A DNA stretch of 64,000 nt from Azolla caroliniana (Eukaryota; Plantae; Polypodiophyta). The stretch's first letter is position 1; every line of letters starts with the position of its first letter. Made by a program: the position numbers and the translations under genes. The stretch is taken from the NCBI GenBank assembly GCA_043228905.1, contig JBHGNT010000001.1:14818001-14882000 (forward strand), in the 5' to 3' direction. Positions 1 through 12,424 of the stretch are shown here, one piece after another. The notes beneath the pieces were generated by a model that searched no databases, was not told the DNA's origin, and was given only the letters and a program-made list of their open reading frames with translations.

Positions 1-249
1 GAGCCTTCACGTACCACGCCCTTGAATACCGATAGTCGCAGATCTATCGAAGGTGTTCACCCAAAGGAACGGGTAACAGTGTAAGGTTCAAAACCTTTAC
101 TTGCACCTCATTGTATGCATTAGGCTTATTATATATATATGTGTAATGATCTCCTAAACACACATCACATGTGCACATTAACCATCACCCCTTCCATATA
201 TGTGCATATTGCACCTTCTCGATTTTCCTCATTCCACGTGATTTCACAC

Positions 250-835
250 AGTTGCCGAAAATGTTCACGACACCGAAAGGGTCGAGGCACACGGAATCGA
301 ATAGGTCGAGGAGCGTGAGCAAGGCATGAAGCTAGAAGCAAACAGAGCATAGATCTGGAAGAGCAGATGGAACCTCAAGTTGAGCTTGAGGGGGACTGTT
401 GAGATACAAGCTCAACATTGGCCAGATCGGTTGTGCAAGCCGAGAACTAGATCGGTTGGGATTGATCGGTAAGGCCGGACCAGGTGTGTAAACCGGTGCG
501 CAGACCGGTGTGCAACGAGAAGTCGTAGCGGTGCGTAAACCGCGAGGCCGTTGAAAAGATATTCTGCATAGGACTATATTTTGGGAGTTAGTGTAGAGCT
601 CACTTATGAGCATTGAAGTACGTGTCAGTACTTTTGTCAGTCTGTATGGCCTTGTCTAAAAGTGCTCACTGAGCACATCCTATGTACAGACTGAGTATTA
701 TTTTTGAATTGAGTTTTGTGTGCATTCTCTCTCTCTGTCTATCTCTCCCGCGTACTGTGTATATTCAAGCTCTCCATTAAACCTGCGTTTTCTGTGTTCG
801 GTTTTCTATTGCTTCCGCACACTATTCTTTTTACA
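250..835 (+). mobile_element. 3' end of a Copia-B-family LTR retrotransposon: PPT plus 3' LTR (397-835), inserted into the RNase H region of an inverted Gypsy fragment
   Basis: PPT GAGCTTGAGGGGGAC precedes TGTTGAG at 397 and the LTR ends TTTTACA at 835. It resembles the reverse complement of the LTR at 34408-34825. Gypsy RNase H sequence resumes at 836. Confidence 0.75.
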
Positions 836-2923
836 AGCTCCTTATCATGAGTTTCATAGTTGATTTCGGTGGCGTCAAACTTGCATGACTAGAAAGCCAC
901 AAGATGGAGCTTTTCATCCTTGCCTTGTTGTGACAAAATGTTACCCAACACGAAATCCGACGTGTCTGCTTTGATGATGAATGGATAGCATTGCATAAAG
1001 ACCATGTTCTCGAAGTCGTTTTAGTACTAACAATACATGAGAATCATGCTCTTCTTGGGTCTTCGAGTAAACCAGTAGATCATCCAGATAGATGATCAAA
1101 CAAACATCCAAGACATCTCGAAATATATCATTTGGCATGTGTTGGAAGACTGTTGGCGCATTAGTGAGGCCGAATGGCATGACCGTATACTCGAAGTGCC
1201 CATATTTGGTGCGAAACGTGGTCTTCCATTCATCTCCTGGTCGGATCCATACAAGGTTATATGATCCTCGTAAGTCGATCTTTGTGAAGAACCTTGCACC
1301 ATTGATCCGTTCTAAAAGACTTGAGATAAGGGGAAGTGCGTACCTTTTCCTGATGGTGACCTTATTCAAGCCATCGTAATCTACAACGAGACGAAGTGAT
1401 CCATCCTTTTTCTTGACGAAGAAAATGGGTGCGCTGGTTGGAGATTTCAAATGTTGAATGAAACCATTTGCCAAATTCTCCTCTATATAGGCTTGAAGGA
1501 CTTGTAGCTCGGTTGGTGACAAATTGTAGATCGGTCCCCATGGTGGCTCTTTTCTCGGTTGTAAATCGATGGGACAATCATATGGTCGATGGTGAAGAAG
1601 CGTATTGGCTTGTACTTTATCGAACACATCGGCATAATGACGATATTTCTCTAGAAGTTGAACGGTGGACTCTTCTTTAGTGGTGTTGGAGGGTTTTACT
1701 GATACTGCGAAGAGAAACATTTCTTCCTTGCGTCCTTCCTCACGCAACTGATTTAGCGAAATGGTTGCAATCTTATGAGTAGATCCTCGGGTTTGTCGAT
1801 ACCGGATTTCTCTTGTTCTCCAATCTATGTATGGGTTATGTTATTCGAACCATGGTAATACCAAAACAATGGGATTTTCTGGGATACTAATTATATTAAA
1901 GTATACTACACATACTAAATTATTTAGGACAATATTAACGGGCTCTGACTCTTCTATGTTATTTCCGGAAGCAATGGGACGACCATCAATGACTAATATA
2001 GAGGCTACTTAAGGAGTTTTCTTAGGGATATCTAATGAGCTTGGGCAAAATTCCTATCCATGAAGCAAGAATTAGCTCCAGAATCTAGGAGTGCTGAGAC
2101 ATGTACTGGAGAGATACTTTTAGTACTAACTGTTACTTGGGCTGCAAAGGTCAAGGGCTGTCCAACCAAACAATTCCTATTTTGGTTGGACTTACTTGTT
2201 TAACTCTTCTTCTACCTTACTAAGGACATCAAATTTGTTCGATAGATTTGGGATATTAGTACTATTACGACTATTAGATATTCCTACTGAAATACACTCA
2301 AGTTTAGTACAATTAAAACTAGCAACTATTTGGTTCACCTGTCTCCTTGGCCTATGGGGACATATCACTGCAATATGCCCTGGTCCACCACAATAAAGAC
2401 AGTCGATTTGTTAGGCATCGATGCTTTTCTTCTTCCGATAATGGTCTGCAATGACGTGTACTGTCAATTTCCATCGGAGTTGGAGTATTCACTAGAGATG
2501 CATTATATGACTCCCTTGGAAACGGTTTTGCTACCATTGAGGCGTAGGTGGTCTCTGATCTTGCCCTTGGCATCTAGAATTGATGTTCCGAACGTCGTTC
2601 GAAAAGATGGTTGTCGCATCTTACCGCGCGACTGATTGCTTCTGTCAAAGACTTTGGTTCTTTGGGGAAGGTCGAGAGTAGATCATTGACATCTTTACAT
2701 AGAACATAAAGAAATTGCTCCATAAGAGCTTGGTCATCCCAGGGGATATTGGAGGCGAGTAGGCGGAAATCTGCAGCATAGGCAGAGGCTTGACGATCAC
2801 CTTGATGTAATTGTCGGATTTTGTTGATTGTTGTCCTTATGTTGTCCGTATCTCCAAATTAGGCTTTAAGCTCACTTAAAAACTCTTCAAAATTGTTTAG
2901 TAAAGGAGATTCCTTTTCTAACA
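836..2923 (-). pseudogene. Inverted, decayed gag-protease-RT-RNase H fragment of a Tcn1/Tf1-like chromoviral Gypsy element
   Basis: ORF 941-1747 has Gypsy RT motifs ([31 protein letters not shown]). Protease LLDSGANSCF lies near 2060-2090, and RNase H DEKLHLVAF..INYETHDKE at 836-920. Colinear with 7690-10600 on the opposite strand. Confidence 0.9.
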
Positions 2924-3606
2924 TCGACAAAGGTTACACCATTTTATGCTTATACGGTCTCTCACCCCCGGTGGTGTATTTGAAACCCCAAAGTTACCCA
3001 CAAATCCTTGCGTAGAGGATCATTTGGAGTGGTTATGCAAGTTACAAGCGGATTTATCTACTCATCTACAACAAGCTCAACAAACACACAAGGTTTACGC
3101 GGATCCTCATCGGCTTCCATCTAGTTCTAACATTGGAGATCGGGTATGGCTACTACGACGACACATTAAGACTAGTCGCCCATGTGAAAAGTTGGATTAT
3201 GGGAGATTAGGTCCTTTCCGTATTATCAGAAAAATTAATGATGTCGCTTTTCGGCTCGATCTACCTCCACAACTTCAGATACATCCGGTGTTTCATAGTT
3301 CTCTCCTCAAACCCTATCAAGACAGCACCATCCTAGGTCGTATTAAACAACCTCCACCCCCGATCGAACTTGAAGATGGACCTGAGTACGAGGTTGCTGC
3401 CATCCTCGATTCCAATATTGTTCGCAACAAGCTCTACTATTGAGTCGATTGGCTAGGGTATAGTCCCAACGAGCATAGTTGGGAACCAATAGAGAATGTC
3501 ACCAATGCTCGTGCTATTCTTGAAGACTTCCATCGTCAATATCCAAACAAACCGGGTCCTCATTCCAAAATGACTCGTGACACTCATTGTTTTAAAAGGG
3601 GGATAG
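2922..3606 (+). pseudogene. Integrase C-terminus (GPF motif), chromodomain and PPT of the same Gypsy family
   Basis: ORF 2946-3443 reads LGPFRII..IHPVFHSSLLKPY..EYEVAAILDS (group I chromodomain). PPT AAAAGGGGGATAG at 3594-3606. Matches 11761-12424. Confidence 0.9.
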
Positions 3607-6600
3607 TGTCATGATATGGCAAGACTCGAACCCCTAACCTTATGTTACATGGGTCGAGCTCTTACCATTAGACTATGTATTGTAACATGACAGATATTAT
3701 TTTCATTTAACTTTTACTATAAAAATTTGATGTATATTCTAGATTTCTCTAGAACATTCTAGAAACTTCAAGAGTACTCCTAAAAACACTATAAAAGGAG
3801 GCACATAATATATATCTTTTGTTATCCATTGCCTAAAGATGGAAATGTAGGCAAATAGGGACACGTGATCTATGAGAGTAACCCACGCCTTTTGCGACTA
3901 TGCTTTTGGAATTGCAATGGATACCCATGGAATGCGGGATTTGGCATAGAGGAGTTCACCGATGACTCGGATATCACACTTCTTGTTGAAACATGGGAGC
4001 ATGATACTCAAAGGATTCAAGGTTTAGGAAACTATAATGTACACTCTTTGATATGGAAGAAAAATCCAAGACAAAGAAGAGGAGAAGGAGGGGTGGCATG
4101 TTTGATTAAGAAGGAAATAGAGAAATATGTGTCAATCATAAAAAATGATGAAAATAAATGCTACATATAGCTCAAAATAGAAACACCTAATGATTTGCCC
4201 ACTTTTGTAGTTGGATGTTACATTCCTCACCAAGATTCTAACTTTTATGCTTGTTTGGATAAAGATCAATCGTTTGCCAATCTAGAAGATGATATTGCTT
4301 ATTTCAAATCTAAAGGGGAAGTTATTGTCTTTGGTGACATGAATGCTCGTACAAGAAGTTTCCAACTTGATTCACAAGAATCTTTCATGCCACATATCTC
4401 AAGGATGCAAGAGGATAATGCAAATGTATAACCGCTCTTCTCGTGATGAAAAATATCCAGACCAATTTGGGAAATTACTCCTACAAATGTGCAATAGTAT
4501 CGGATTGCTTATTGCAAATGGTATTTCCTTATGGCCCAACACTAATAGTTTTACATGTACAAAATACAACGTAAATAGTGTGATTGACTATGTGCTACTT
4601 TCTGAAGGTATTTTGGATCGTATACATAAATTCTCACTTGGTGAATGGACACCGGAATCCGATCATAGGCCTTTATGTATTGATCTCAAATGTATGCATA
4701 GGTTTGATTGTGAGAAGGCTATTGAAGATAATAAACAACCGCACTTGAGCATGAACCTTAAGCGAGCACCCATGTATTCCAAGATGGTTGAGGATATGTT
4801 ACATTTAATGACAAAGATACAACATGGTGCTACACTAGAATGCAAATGGGAAGCTTTCAAGAAAGTCATTCTCTCATGTACAAACAAATGTTTTTTGACC
4901 AACCGCACATCTTGGAAATGCACCAAGAAACTTAGGAAAAAATGGTCTGATAAAGAATGTCGTGAAGCTCGAAAGTGCCTTATGGTTTTGGATGTAGTTA
5001 AGGATAAAGAGAATTACCAAAAGCATTTTCATGAGTATAAAAGGCTTATTCAAAGAAAGAGAAGAATATGGGAAGTTACTCAGCAATTTATCCAAACGCA
5101 AGAGAAAGCACATGCATGTGCTAAATTTTGGGGAAATCTAAAGGGAAAATGTGTTGAGAGTTATGGTGACTTAACTCTTCACGACTTGTCTATGCATTGT
5201 AAGAATTTATATGAGTTATCTCTTGCCGGAAAGATGATGTGTTATGGTTCTCTCTCACATATGCCTCCCTTCTTTACAATTGAAGATATATGCATAGGAC
5301 TTAAGAAATTGGCCACTCGAAAGGCAAGCGATCTTCAATGTATAAAGGTTGAAATCCTCAAATGGACGGGAAAGCAAGCACATATATGGATAAGCGATAT
5401 GTTTAATGATACATTGCAACATGGTATGCCGTACGATTGGACTACAAATTGGATCAAACCTTTACATAAAGGTGGAGATATAAATAATGTAAACAATTAT
5501 CAAACCATCATGGTTGGCTCATTAATGGCAAAACTATTTGGATGTATAATGGAATCAAAGATAAGTGCATGGGCTGAAAAAAGTGGTAAGAGAGCTTATG
5601 GACAAGCTGGCTTTCGGAAACACCATAGCACCATTGATTACCTTATCACCCTTCGAGTATTAATGGAGGAAAGTCGCCTTAGAGGTAAAGGTTTATATTG
5701 TTGCTTTGTAGACTTCAAGAAAGCTTTTGATATGGTACCTCGTGAGCATCTTTGGAGGCGAATCGAAGAACTTGAGGTGCCAAGTGAATATATGCTTCCA
5801 ATTTCCTGAATTTATAGGTTATATGTTGTGTGCGCATGAGAGATAAACTTTCAGAGTTTTTCAAAAGCACTATTGGTGTTAAGCAAGGATACCCACTCTC
5901 ACCAACACTATTTGGTCTATGCATTGATGAATTGGAAGAAATGGTTACCAAGTTTGCAAAGGAAGAATGTGTTGAAGAAATTGCCATTGGGAATGTTGTG
6001 ATTATGCTTTTGCTATATGCAGATGATGTAGTGCTTTTTGCAAATACTTTAGGAGATGCACAAAAGCTTATGAAGGCATTGGAAAAATTTTGCATGCATA
6101 CTAAATTAAGTATCAATAGCTCTAAAACAAAGATTATGCTTGTGAAGAGCCAAAAAAGAGATAAACCATGCATTATGTACAACGATGAGCCACTTGAATG
6201 TGTGGAAAGCTTCAAATATCTTGGCCTTGAAGTTCCTTCAAATCAAAGATGGAATGAATGTGCTACACGCCGCTAGAGGCGGGCAAGCGAGCATACTATG
6301 CATTTGAGAACACATGCAATCTTGGAGATATTAAGTCCCTCACATCGACTTCCTGGAATTGCGTGGGAAGCAAGCAAAAAGATTCAAAAGACACATAAAA
6401 GCTAAATTTTGTGTTCCAATTGGATGCAAGATATAGAAAAATGGTTTGGTGGATGGGATGCGAGAGACTTGCTTCATGATGCATCATTAGATTCCTCTGT
6501 AAATGAGGCATTTTTGCAATGCCAATGTATCATGACATGGGACAAATGTGGAGGCTCACGCTTCACACATTACACTACACATGTTGCACCTAACTACAAA

Positions 6601-7174
6601 ACCATATTCTTTGCGGAACGGGGAAATCGTACACATCGATACATGTTAGAGCCCATAGCGTTATCTTCCATTCGAACCATTGCTACCATGCGACTTAGCT
6701 CACATGCATTGCGATGTGAAACAGGGCGTTGGGGTACAAGTAATGAGAGTGGTTGGCTATGCACACTTTGCCCTAAACAAGTTCGCGAGTTTGAGTATCA
6801 CACTTTGATGCAATGCTCTACCTTTGATCATATTCGACCATGCTTTCCACATCTCTTCGATCGAGCCCAATCTTTGCATGAATTCCTCTCACAACCACAA
6901 TGTGCACTCTCGATTGCAACATTCATTGGTAAAGTTCTTGAACATCGAGAGTCAGTACTCACTTTCACACGTATTACGTGAAATGTAATATTTTTGGTCT
7001 CATTGGTCATATTTGACCTCCGAAGACGATAATATAATATATCTATCTATCTATCTATCTATCTATCTCTCTCTCTCTCATTCTTTCCTTCTCTCGAGAG
7101 TTCTACACCTTCCTTAGTACTAATCCTGATCTTTTAGTACTACTTCCTTCTCTGTCTTAGTACTATTCCTGACA
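3607..7174 (+). repeat. Gypsy LTR split by a LINE (parts 3607-3826 and ~7070-7174), with a ~72-bp deletion downstream of the TATA box
   Basis: Both parts align to LTR 12425-13033. GGCACA|TAATATATATC joins across the deleted segment. Confidence 0.88.
3827..7070 (+). mobile_element. Non-LTR retrotransposon (RTE-X-like LINE) with AP endonuclease, RT and C-terminal zinc finger; decayed, with (ATCT)n tail
   Basis: EN motifs WNCNG, LVETWE, GDMNAR, IDYVL, SDH. RT motifs QAGFR, FVDFKKAFD, GVKQGYPLSP, YADD. C-terminus RLSSHALRCETGR..CTLC..EYHTLMQC is typical of RTE-X. Microsatellite tail after the stop at 6981. Confidence 0.85.
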
Positions 7175-7176
7175 GT

Positions 7177-7193
7177 TTGAACCGATTTTGTTC
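7177..7193 (+). promoter_or_regulatory. Non-tRNA primer-binding site complementary to the element's own predicted transcript 5' end (candidate self-priming PBS)
   Basis: TTGAACCGATTTTGTTC starts 2 nt after the LTR end and does not begin TGG. Its reverse complement matches LTR 12636-12652 at 16/17 positions. Confidence 0.75.
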
Positions 7194-7269
7194 TCCTTCC
7201 TTCTCTTGCTTATCTTCTTACTTCTCGCTCCCTTCATACTAATCTCTTATTCCTGTTTTCTCTCATACT

Positions 7270-8378
7270 ATGGCTATTGTTAGTGCTCAAGAATATCAAT
7301 CTGTTTTCTCGGAGTTGCAATGCTTGAAAGAGAAGTTTCTTGCATTGGAACAAGAAAATCAACGACTCTAGGGGGAGCTTCAACAAATCTTCTTAGAGAA
7401 GCAGCAGACGCAACAACAACATGGGGACCTAGCATTACGCGTGCAACAGCTCGAAGCAACCATAGTAGCGATGCAACAACAAGGACCCAGTACGCAAGGG
7501 ATTCATAAAGAACCCAAGATCGGCCTTCCCATGAAATTCGATAAAACGCAATTGCAGTTTAGAGGATTCCTTAATTAGGTATGATTAGTCAATCAAATGC
7601 ATCCTCCCCAATATCCCACTGATGCATCACGAGTGGTTTTAGTAGGTACGTTGCTAAGTGGCTCAGCTTTGGCATGGTTCGCTACGTTGTTAGAAAAGGA
7701 ATCTCCTTTACTAAACAATTTTGAAGAGTTTTTAAGTGAGTTTAAAGCATGTTTTAGAGATATTGATAGCATAAGGATAGCAATCAACAAAATCCGATGA
7801 TTACTTCAAGGTGATCGTCTAGCCTCCGTATACGTTGCAGATTTCCGCCTCCTCGCCTCTGATATCCCCTGGGATGACCAAGCACTAATGGAGCAATTTC
7901 GTTATGGTCTATGTAACGATGTCAAGGATTTACTCTTGACCTTCCCTGAAGAACCAAAGTCATTGACAGAAGCAATCAGTCGCGCGGTGAGATGCGACAA
8001 CCGTCTTTTCAAACAACGTTCGGAACGTCAGATCCAGATGCCAAGGGCAAGATCAGAGCCCACCTATGCCACAGTGGTAGCAAAACCTTTTTCAAGGAAA
8101 TCGACACCACACGACGTCGCGGGCCATTATCGAAAGAGGAAAAGCAGCGACGCCGAGCAAATTGAGTATGTCTTTATTGTGGTGGATTGGGGCATATCGC
8201 ACTGAACTGTCCTTATAGGCCAAGAAGACAGGTAAACCAAATAGTCGCTAGTACTAATTGTTCTAAACTTGAGTCTATTTCAAGAGGAATATCTGATAGT
8301 CCTAATAGTACAAATAGCCAAAGTCTATCGAACAAATTTGATGTCCTTAGTCAGTTAGAACAAGAGTTAAACGACTAA
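7270..8378 (+). pseudogene. Gypsy gag (Retrotrans_gag plus CCHC knuckle), with stops and frameshifts
   Basis: ATG at 7270; motifs EPKIGLP, LLSGSALAWFA, LMEQFRYGL, CLYCGGLGHIALNC; TAA at 8376-8378. Confidence 0.85.
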
Positions 8379-8430
8379 GTCCAACCAAAATAGGAGTCAT
8401 TTGGTTGGACAGCCCTAGACCTGTGCAGCC

Positions 8431-8974
8431 TGTTAGTGGCTACATTCCCTCTTAGCAAGTTAGCAATGTGTTTGTTAGTCGGCCGGCAAGGGAAGTTCAG
8501 AATGGGAAACAAGGGGATAATTAATAATCGGGAGCTAATTATATATTTATATAGAATTATTATGATTTTGAGAAGCGAACGGACAGACACGGAATCGGTA
8601 TGCCGATCCGGATCCGAACCGGTTTAGGGTTGGCACCGGTTTGTACCTAAACCCGGAGACCTATAAAAAGGGTCAGCTAGATTGTAATCATTAGCGGATA
8701 ATTAATAGAGGGTTGTTGTTCTATATCTTAATCATTGTTAATTACCGTTCTGTGCTAAGTGTAATTTATCCTATGCGTGTATTGTGACTAATGATATTGC
8801 CGCTAGTAACCCATCAGAGGGACACTAATGATATTGCCGCCACTAATGATACGCGTGTATTGTGACTAATGTCGTTGGTCTTACTCTATGTCACTACAAC
8901 ACGCCTTTGGTGAAGTGTCTCAGAGGGACACCCTATGTTAGGCCATTGTCCGACCCTAGCGATAACAATGTTCT
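8431..8974. mobile_element. ~540-bp insertion at the gag-pol junction, probably a solo LTR or LTR remnant of another family
   Basis: Absent from the paralogous copy at 2120-2200. Starts TGTTAG, has TATAAAA near 8662 and TAACA at 8963-8967. Degenerate TSD CAGCC/TAGCT. Confidence 0.65.
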
Positions 8975-11900
8975 TAGCTCAAGTAACCATTAGTACTAAA
9001 AGTGCCCCTCTAATACATGTCTTAGCACTCCTAGATTCCAGAGCTAATTCTTGCTTCATGGACAGGAATTTTGCCCAAGCTCATCAAATATCCCTAAGAA
9101 AACTCCCATGTCCAGCCTCTGTAGTAGTCATTGATGGTCGTCTCATTGCTTCTGGAAATATCATAAAAGGGTCAGAGCCAGTTAAAATTGCCCTAGATAA
9201 CTTAGCATGTGTAGTATCATTTAGTATAATTAGTATCCCAGAACATCCCACTGTTTTGGGATTACCATGGTTCGAATTACATAACCCAGACATAGATTGG
9301 AGAACAAGAGAATTCCGGCATCGACAAACCCGAGGATCTACTCATAAGATTGCAACCATTTCACTACATCAGTTGTGTGAGGAAGGACGCAAGGAAGAAA
9401 TGTTTCTCTTCGCAGTATCAATAAAACCCTCCAACACCACTAAAGAGGAGTCCACCATTCAACTTCCAGAGAAGTATCATCATTATGCCGATGTGTTCGA
9501 TAAAGTACAAGCCAATACGCTTCTTCACCATCAATTGTCTGATTGCCCCATCGACTTACAACCGGGAAAAGAGCCACCATGGGGACCGATCTACAATTTG
9601 TCACCAACCGAGCTACAAGTCCTTCGAGCCTATATAGAGTAGAATTTGGCAAATGGTTTCATTCAACATTTGAAATCTCCAGCCAGCTCACCCATTTTCT
9701 TCGTCAAGAAAAAGGATGGATCACTACGTCTCGTCGTAGATTACTGTGGCTTGAATAAGGTCACCATCAGGAATAGGTATGCACTTCCCCTTATTTCAAG
9801 TCTTTTGGAACGGATCAATGGTGCAAGGTTCTTCACAAAGTTCGCCTTACGAGGAGCATATAACCTCATACGGATCCAACCAGGAGATGAATGGAAGATT
9901 GCGTTTCGTACCAGATATGGGCATGTCGAGTATACGGTCATGCCATTCGGTCTCACTAATGTGCCAGCAGTCTCCCAGCACATTGCAAATGATATATTCC
10001 GAGATCTCTTGGATGTTTGTTTGATCATTTATTTGGATACTCTACTAGTTTGTTCGAAGACTGAAGGAGAGCATAATTCCCATGTACTATTAGTATTAAA
10101 ACGACTTCGAGAACATGGTCTTTATACAAAGCTGGAAAAATGTAGTTTCGAGTGCAACCAGGTAGAATTTCTAGGCTATGTCATCTCCTCGAAAGCCATC
10201 TCCATGCTAAGGTTAAAACGGTGGTAGAGTGGCAGACTCCAAGTTCGGTGTGAGATGTGCAATGCTTTTTAGGCTTTGCCAATTTCTACCGCAAGTTTAT
10301 ATAGGATTACTCAAAGCTTGTTCTGCCTCTCACATAGCTTACCAGGACGGGACAATCGTTCGTTTGGTCTGAAGAAGCTAACATGGCTTTTGAGAGTCTT
10401 GAGAAGGAATTTACATCGGCTCCTATTCTAGATCATGTTGATTTGGAAAAACCATTCATCATTGAAGTAGATGCGTCGGATTTCGCCTTGGGTAGCATTA
10501 TGTGTCAACAAGGCGATGATGAAAAGCTACATCCTGTGGCTTTCCACTCACGCAAGTTTGACACCACCAAAATCAACTATAAAATTCATGATAAGGAGAT
10601 ATTAGCAATAGTGGACTCTTTTACACAATGCAGGCATTTTCTAGAGGGGTCTTCTCATCAAGTTACCGTATTCAGTGATCACAAAAACCTTGCCTACTTT
10701 CAGAATGCTCGTATGTTAAATCGGCGTCAAGCTCAGTGGACCCAATTCCTCACTCATTTCGACTTCAACATTACATATCGTCCAGGGAAGCAACAAGGGA
10801 AGACAGATGCATTATCACAGCGCTCGTATCTAGCACCGCGTCCCGGCGAGCCAACTTACGACAACCAAAAGCAAGTAATCTTGGGACCCGCATGACTGCA
10901 AGTGACGCAGGTCTTCGGTGTGCCCTTGGATTCCCACGTTATCGATACCATACGTGAGGACTTGAAGACAGATGCTTTCGCCCAAGCCATTGTAGGACAA
11001 ATTGATCCCTCTCGAGCATCTTGTTCACAGTCGCAACAACCAGGTACGGACTATCGACAATTCAAATGTCATGATAGATTACTATTCTTTAAGAAAATCT
11101 TGTATGTTTCTAATGATACTTGTCGCCTTCAAGTAGTCCAAAACTGTCGTGACACATATACAACTGGGCATTTTGGTAGTACTAAAACATTAGATTTAGT
11201 ACAACGATCATTCTAGTGGCCCCATATGCGACAATTTATCGAAGATTTTGTTCGGACTTGTGATACATATTGCAGAGCAAAAATGCCAAGGCATCATCCA
11301 TATGGTTTATTAGAACCACTACCAATTCCAAGTAACCCTTGGCAATCCATTGCTCTAGATTTCATGATAGATCTTCCGGTCTCTAAGGGATTCGATGTGA
11401 TCTTAACAGTAGTAGATTGATATATGAAGATGGCCCATTTCCTGTCATGTACTAAGGAAATCTCCAGTGAAGAAACTGCTGAAACTGTGATGCATGAACT
11501 ATGTCGGCATCATGGCCTTCCCAATAGTATTATCAATGACCGTGGACCCCAGTTCGTCTCTACGTTTTGGAAGCACCTCTTTAAAATTCTTAAGGTCACT
11601 GGTAACCTCTCCTCTGGCTACCACCCGCAAACAGATGGCCAAGCAAAACGAACAAATCAAACGCTGGAGCAGTATCTTTGGTGTTTTCTAAGATATCATC
11701 AAGATGACTTGGCAGATATTCTCCACTTCGCCGAATTTGCGTATAATAACTCTATCCACTCATCGACAAAGGTTACACCATTTTATGCTTATACGGGTTG
11801 TCACCCTCGGTTGTGTGTATTTGCAACTCCAAAGTTACCCACAAGTCCTTGCACAGTGGATCATTTGGAGCGGTTATGCAAGATACAAGCGGATTTATCT

Positions 11901-12410
11901 ATTCATCTAAAGCACGCTCAACAAACACACAAGGTTTACGCAGATCGTCGTCGACTGCCATCTAGTTTTAACTACGATGACACATCAAGACTACTCGCCC
12001 ATGCGACAAGTTGGATTATCGGCGATTAGGTCCTTTTCGTATTATCGGAAAAATTAATGATGTCGCTTTTCGTCTCGATCTACCTCCGCAACTTTAGATA
12101 CATCCGGTGTTTCATAGTTCTCTCCTCAAACCCTATCAAGAGAACATCATCCCAGGTCGTATTAAAAGACCTCCACCCCCGATCAAACTTGAAGATGGAC
12201 CTGAGTACGGGTTGCTGCCATCCTAGATTCCAAGATTGTTCACAACAAGCTCTACTATTTAGTCGATTGGCTAGGATATAGTCCCAACAAGCGTACTTGG
12301 GAACCGATAGAGAATGTGACCAGTGCTCGTGCTCTTCTTGAAGACTTCCATCGTTGATATCCAGACAAACCGGGTCCTCAATCCAAAACGACTTGCGACA
12401 CTCGTTGTTT
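8975..12410 (+). pseudogene. Gypsy pol (PR-RT-RH-IN-chromodomain), with many stops and frameshifts
   Basis: ORFs 8935-9642, 9646-10227, 10383-10895, 11226-11420 and 11424-12029 carry the motifs LDSRANSCF, MPFGLTN, DASDFALG, WQSIALDF and YHPQTDGQ. Confidence 0.92.
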
Positions 12411-12424
12411 TAAAAGGGGGATAG

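Noticed and set aside
1-249. End of another LTR (..TTTCACA) inserted in Copia-B
   Set aside because: No partner LTR, PBS or TSD inside the window to confirm it.
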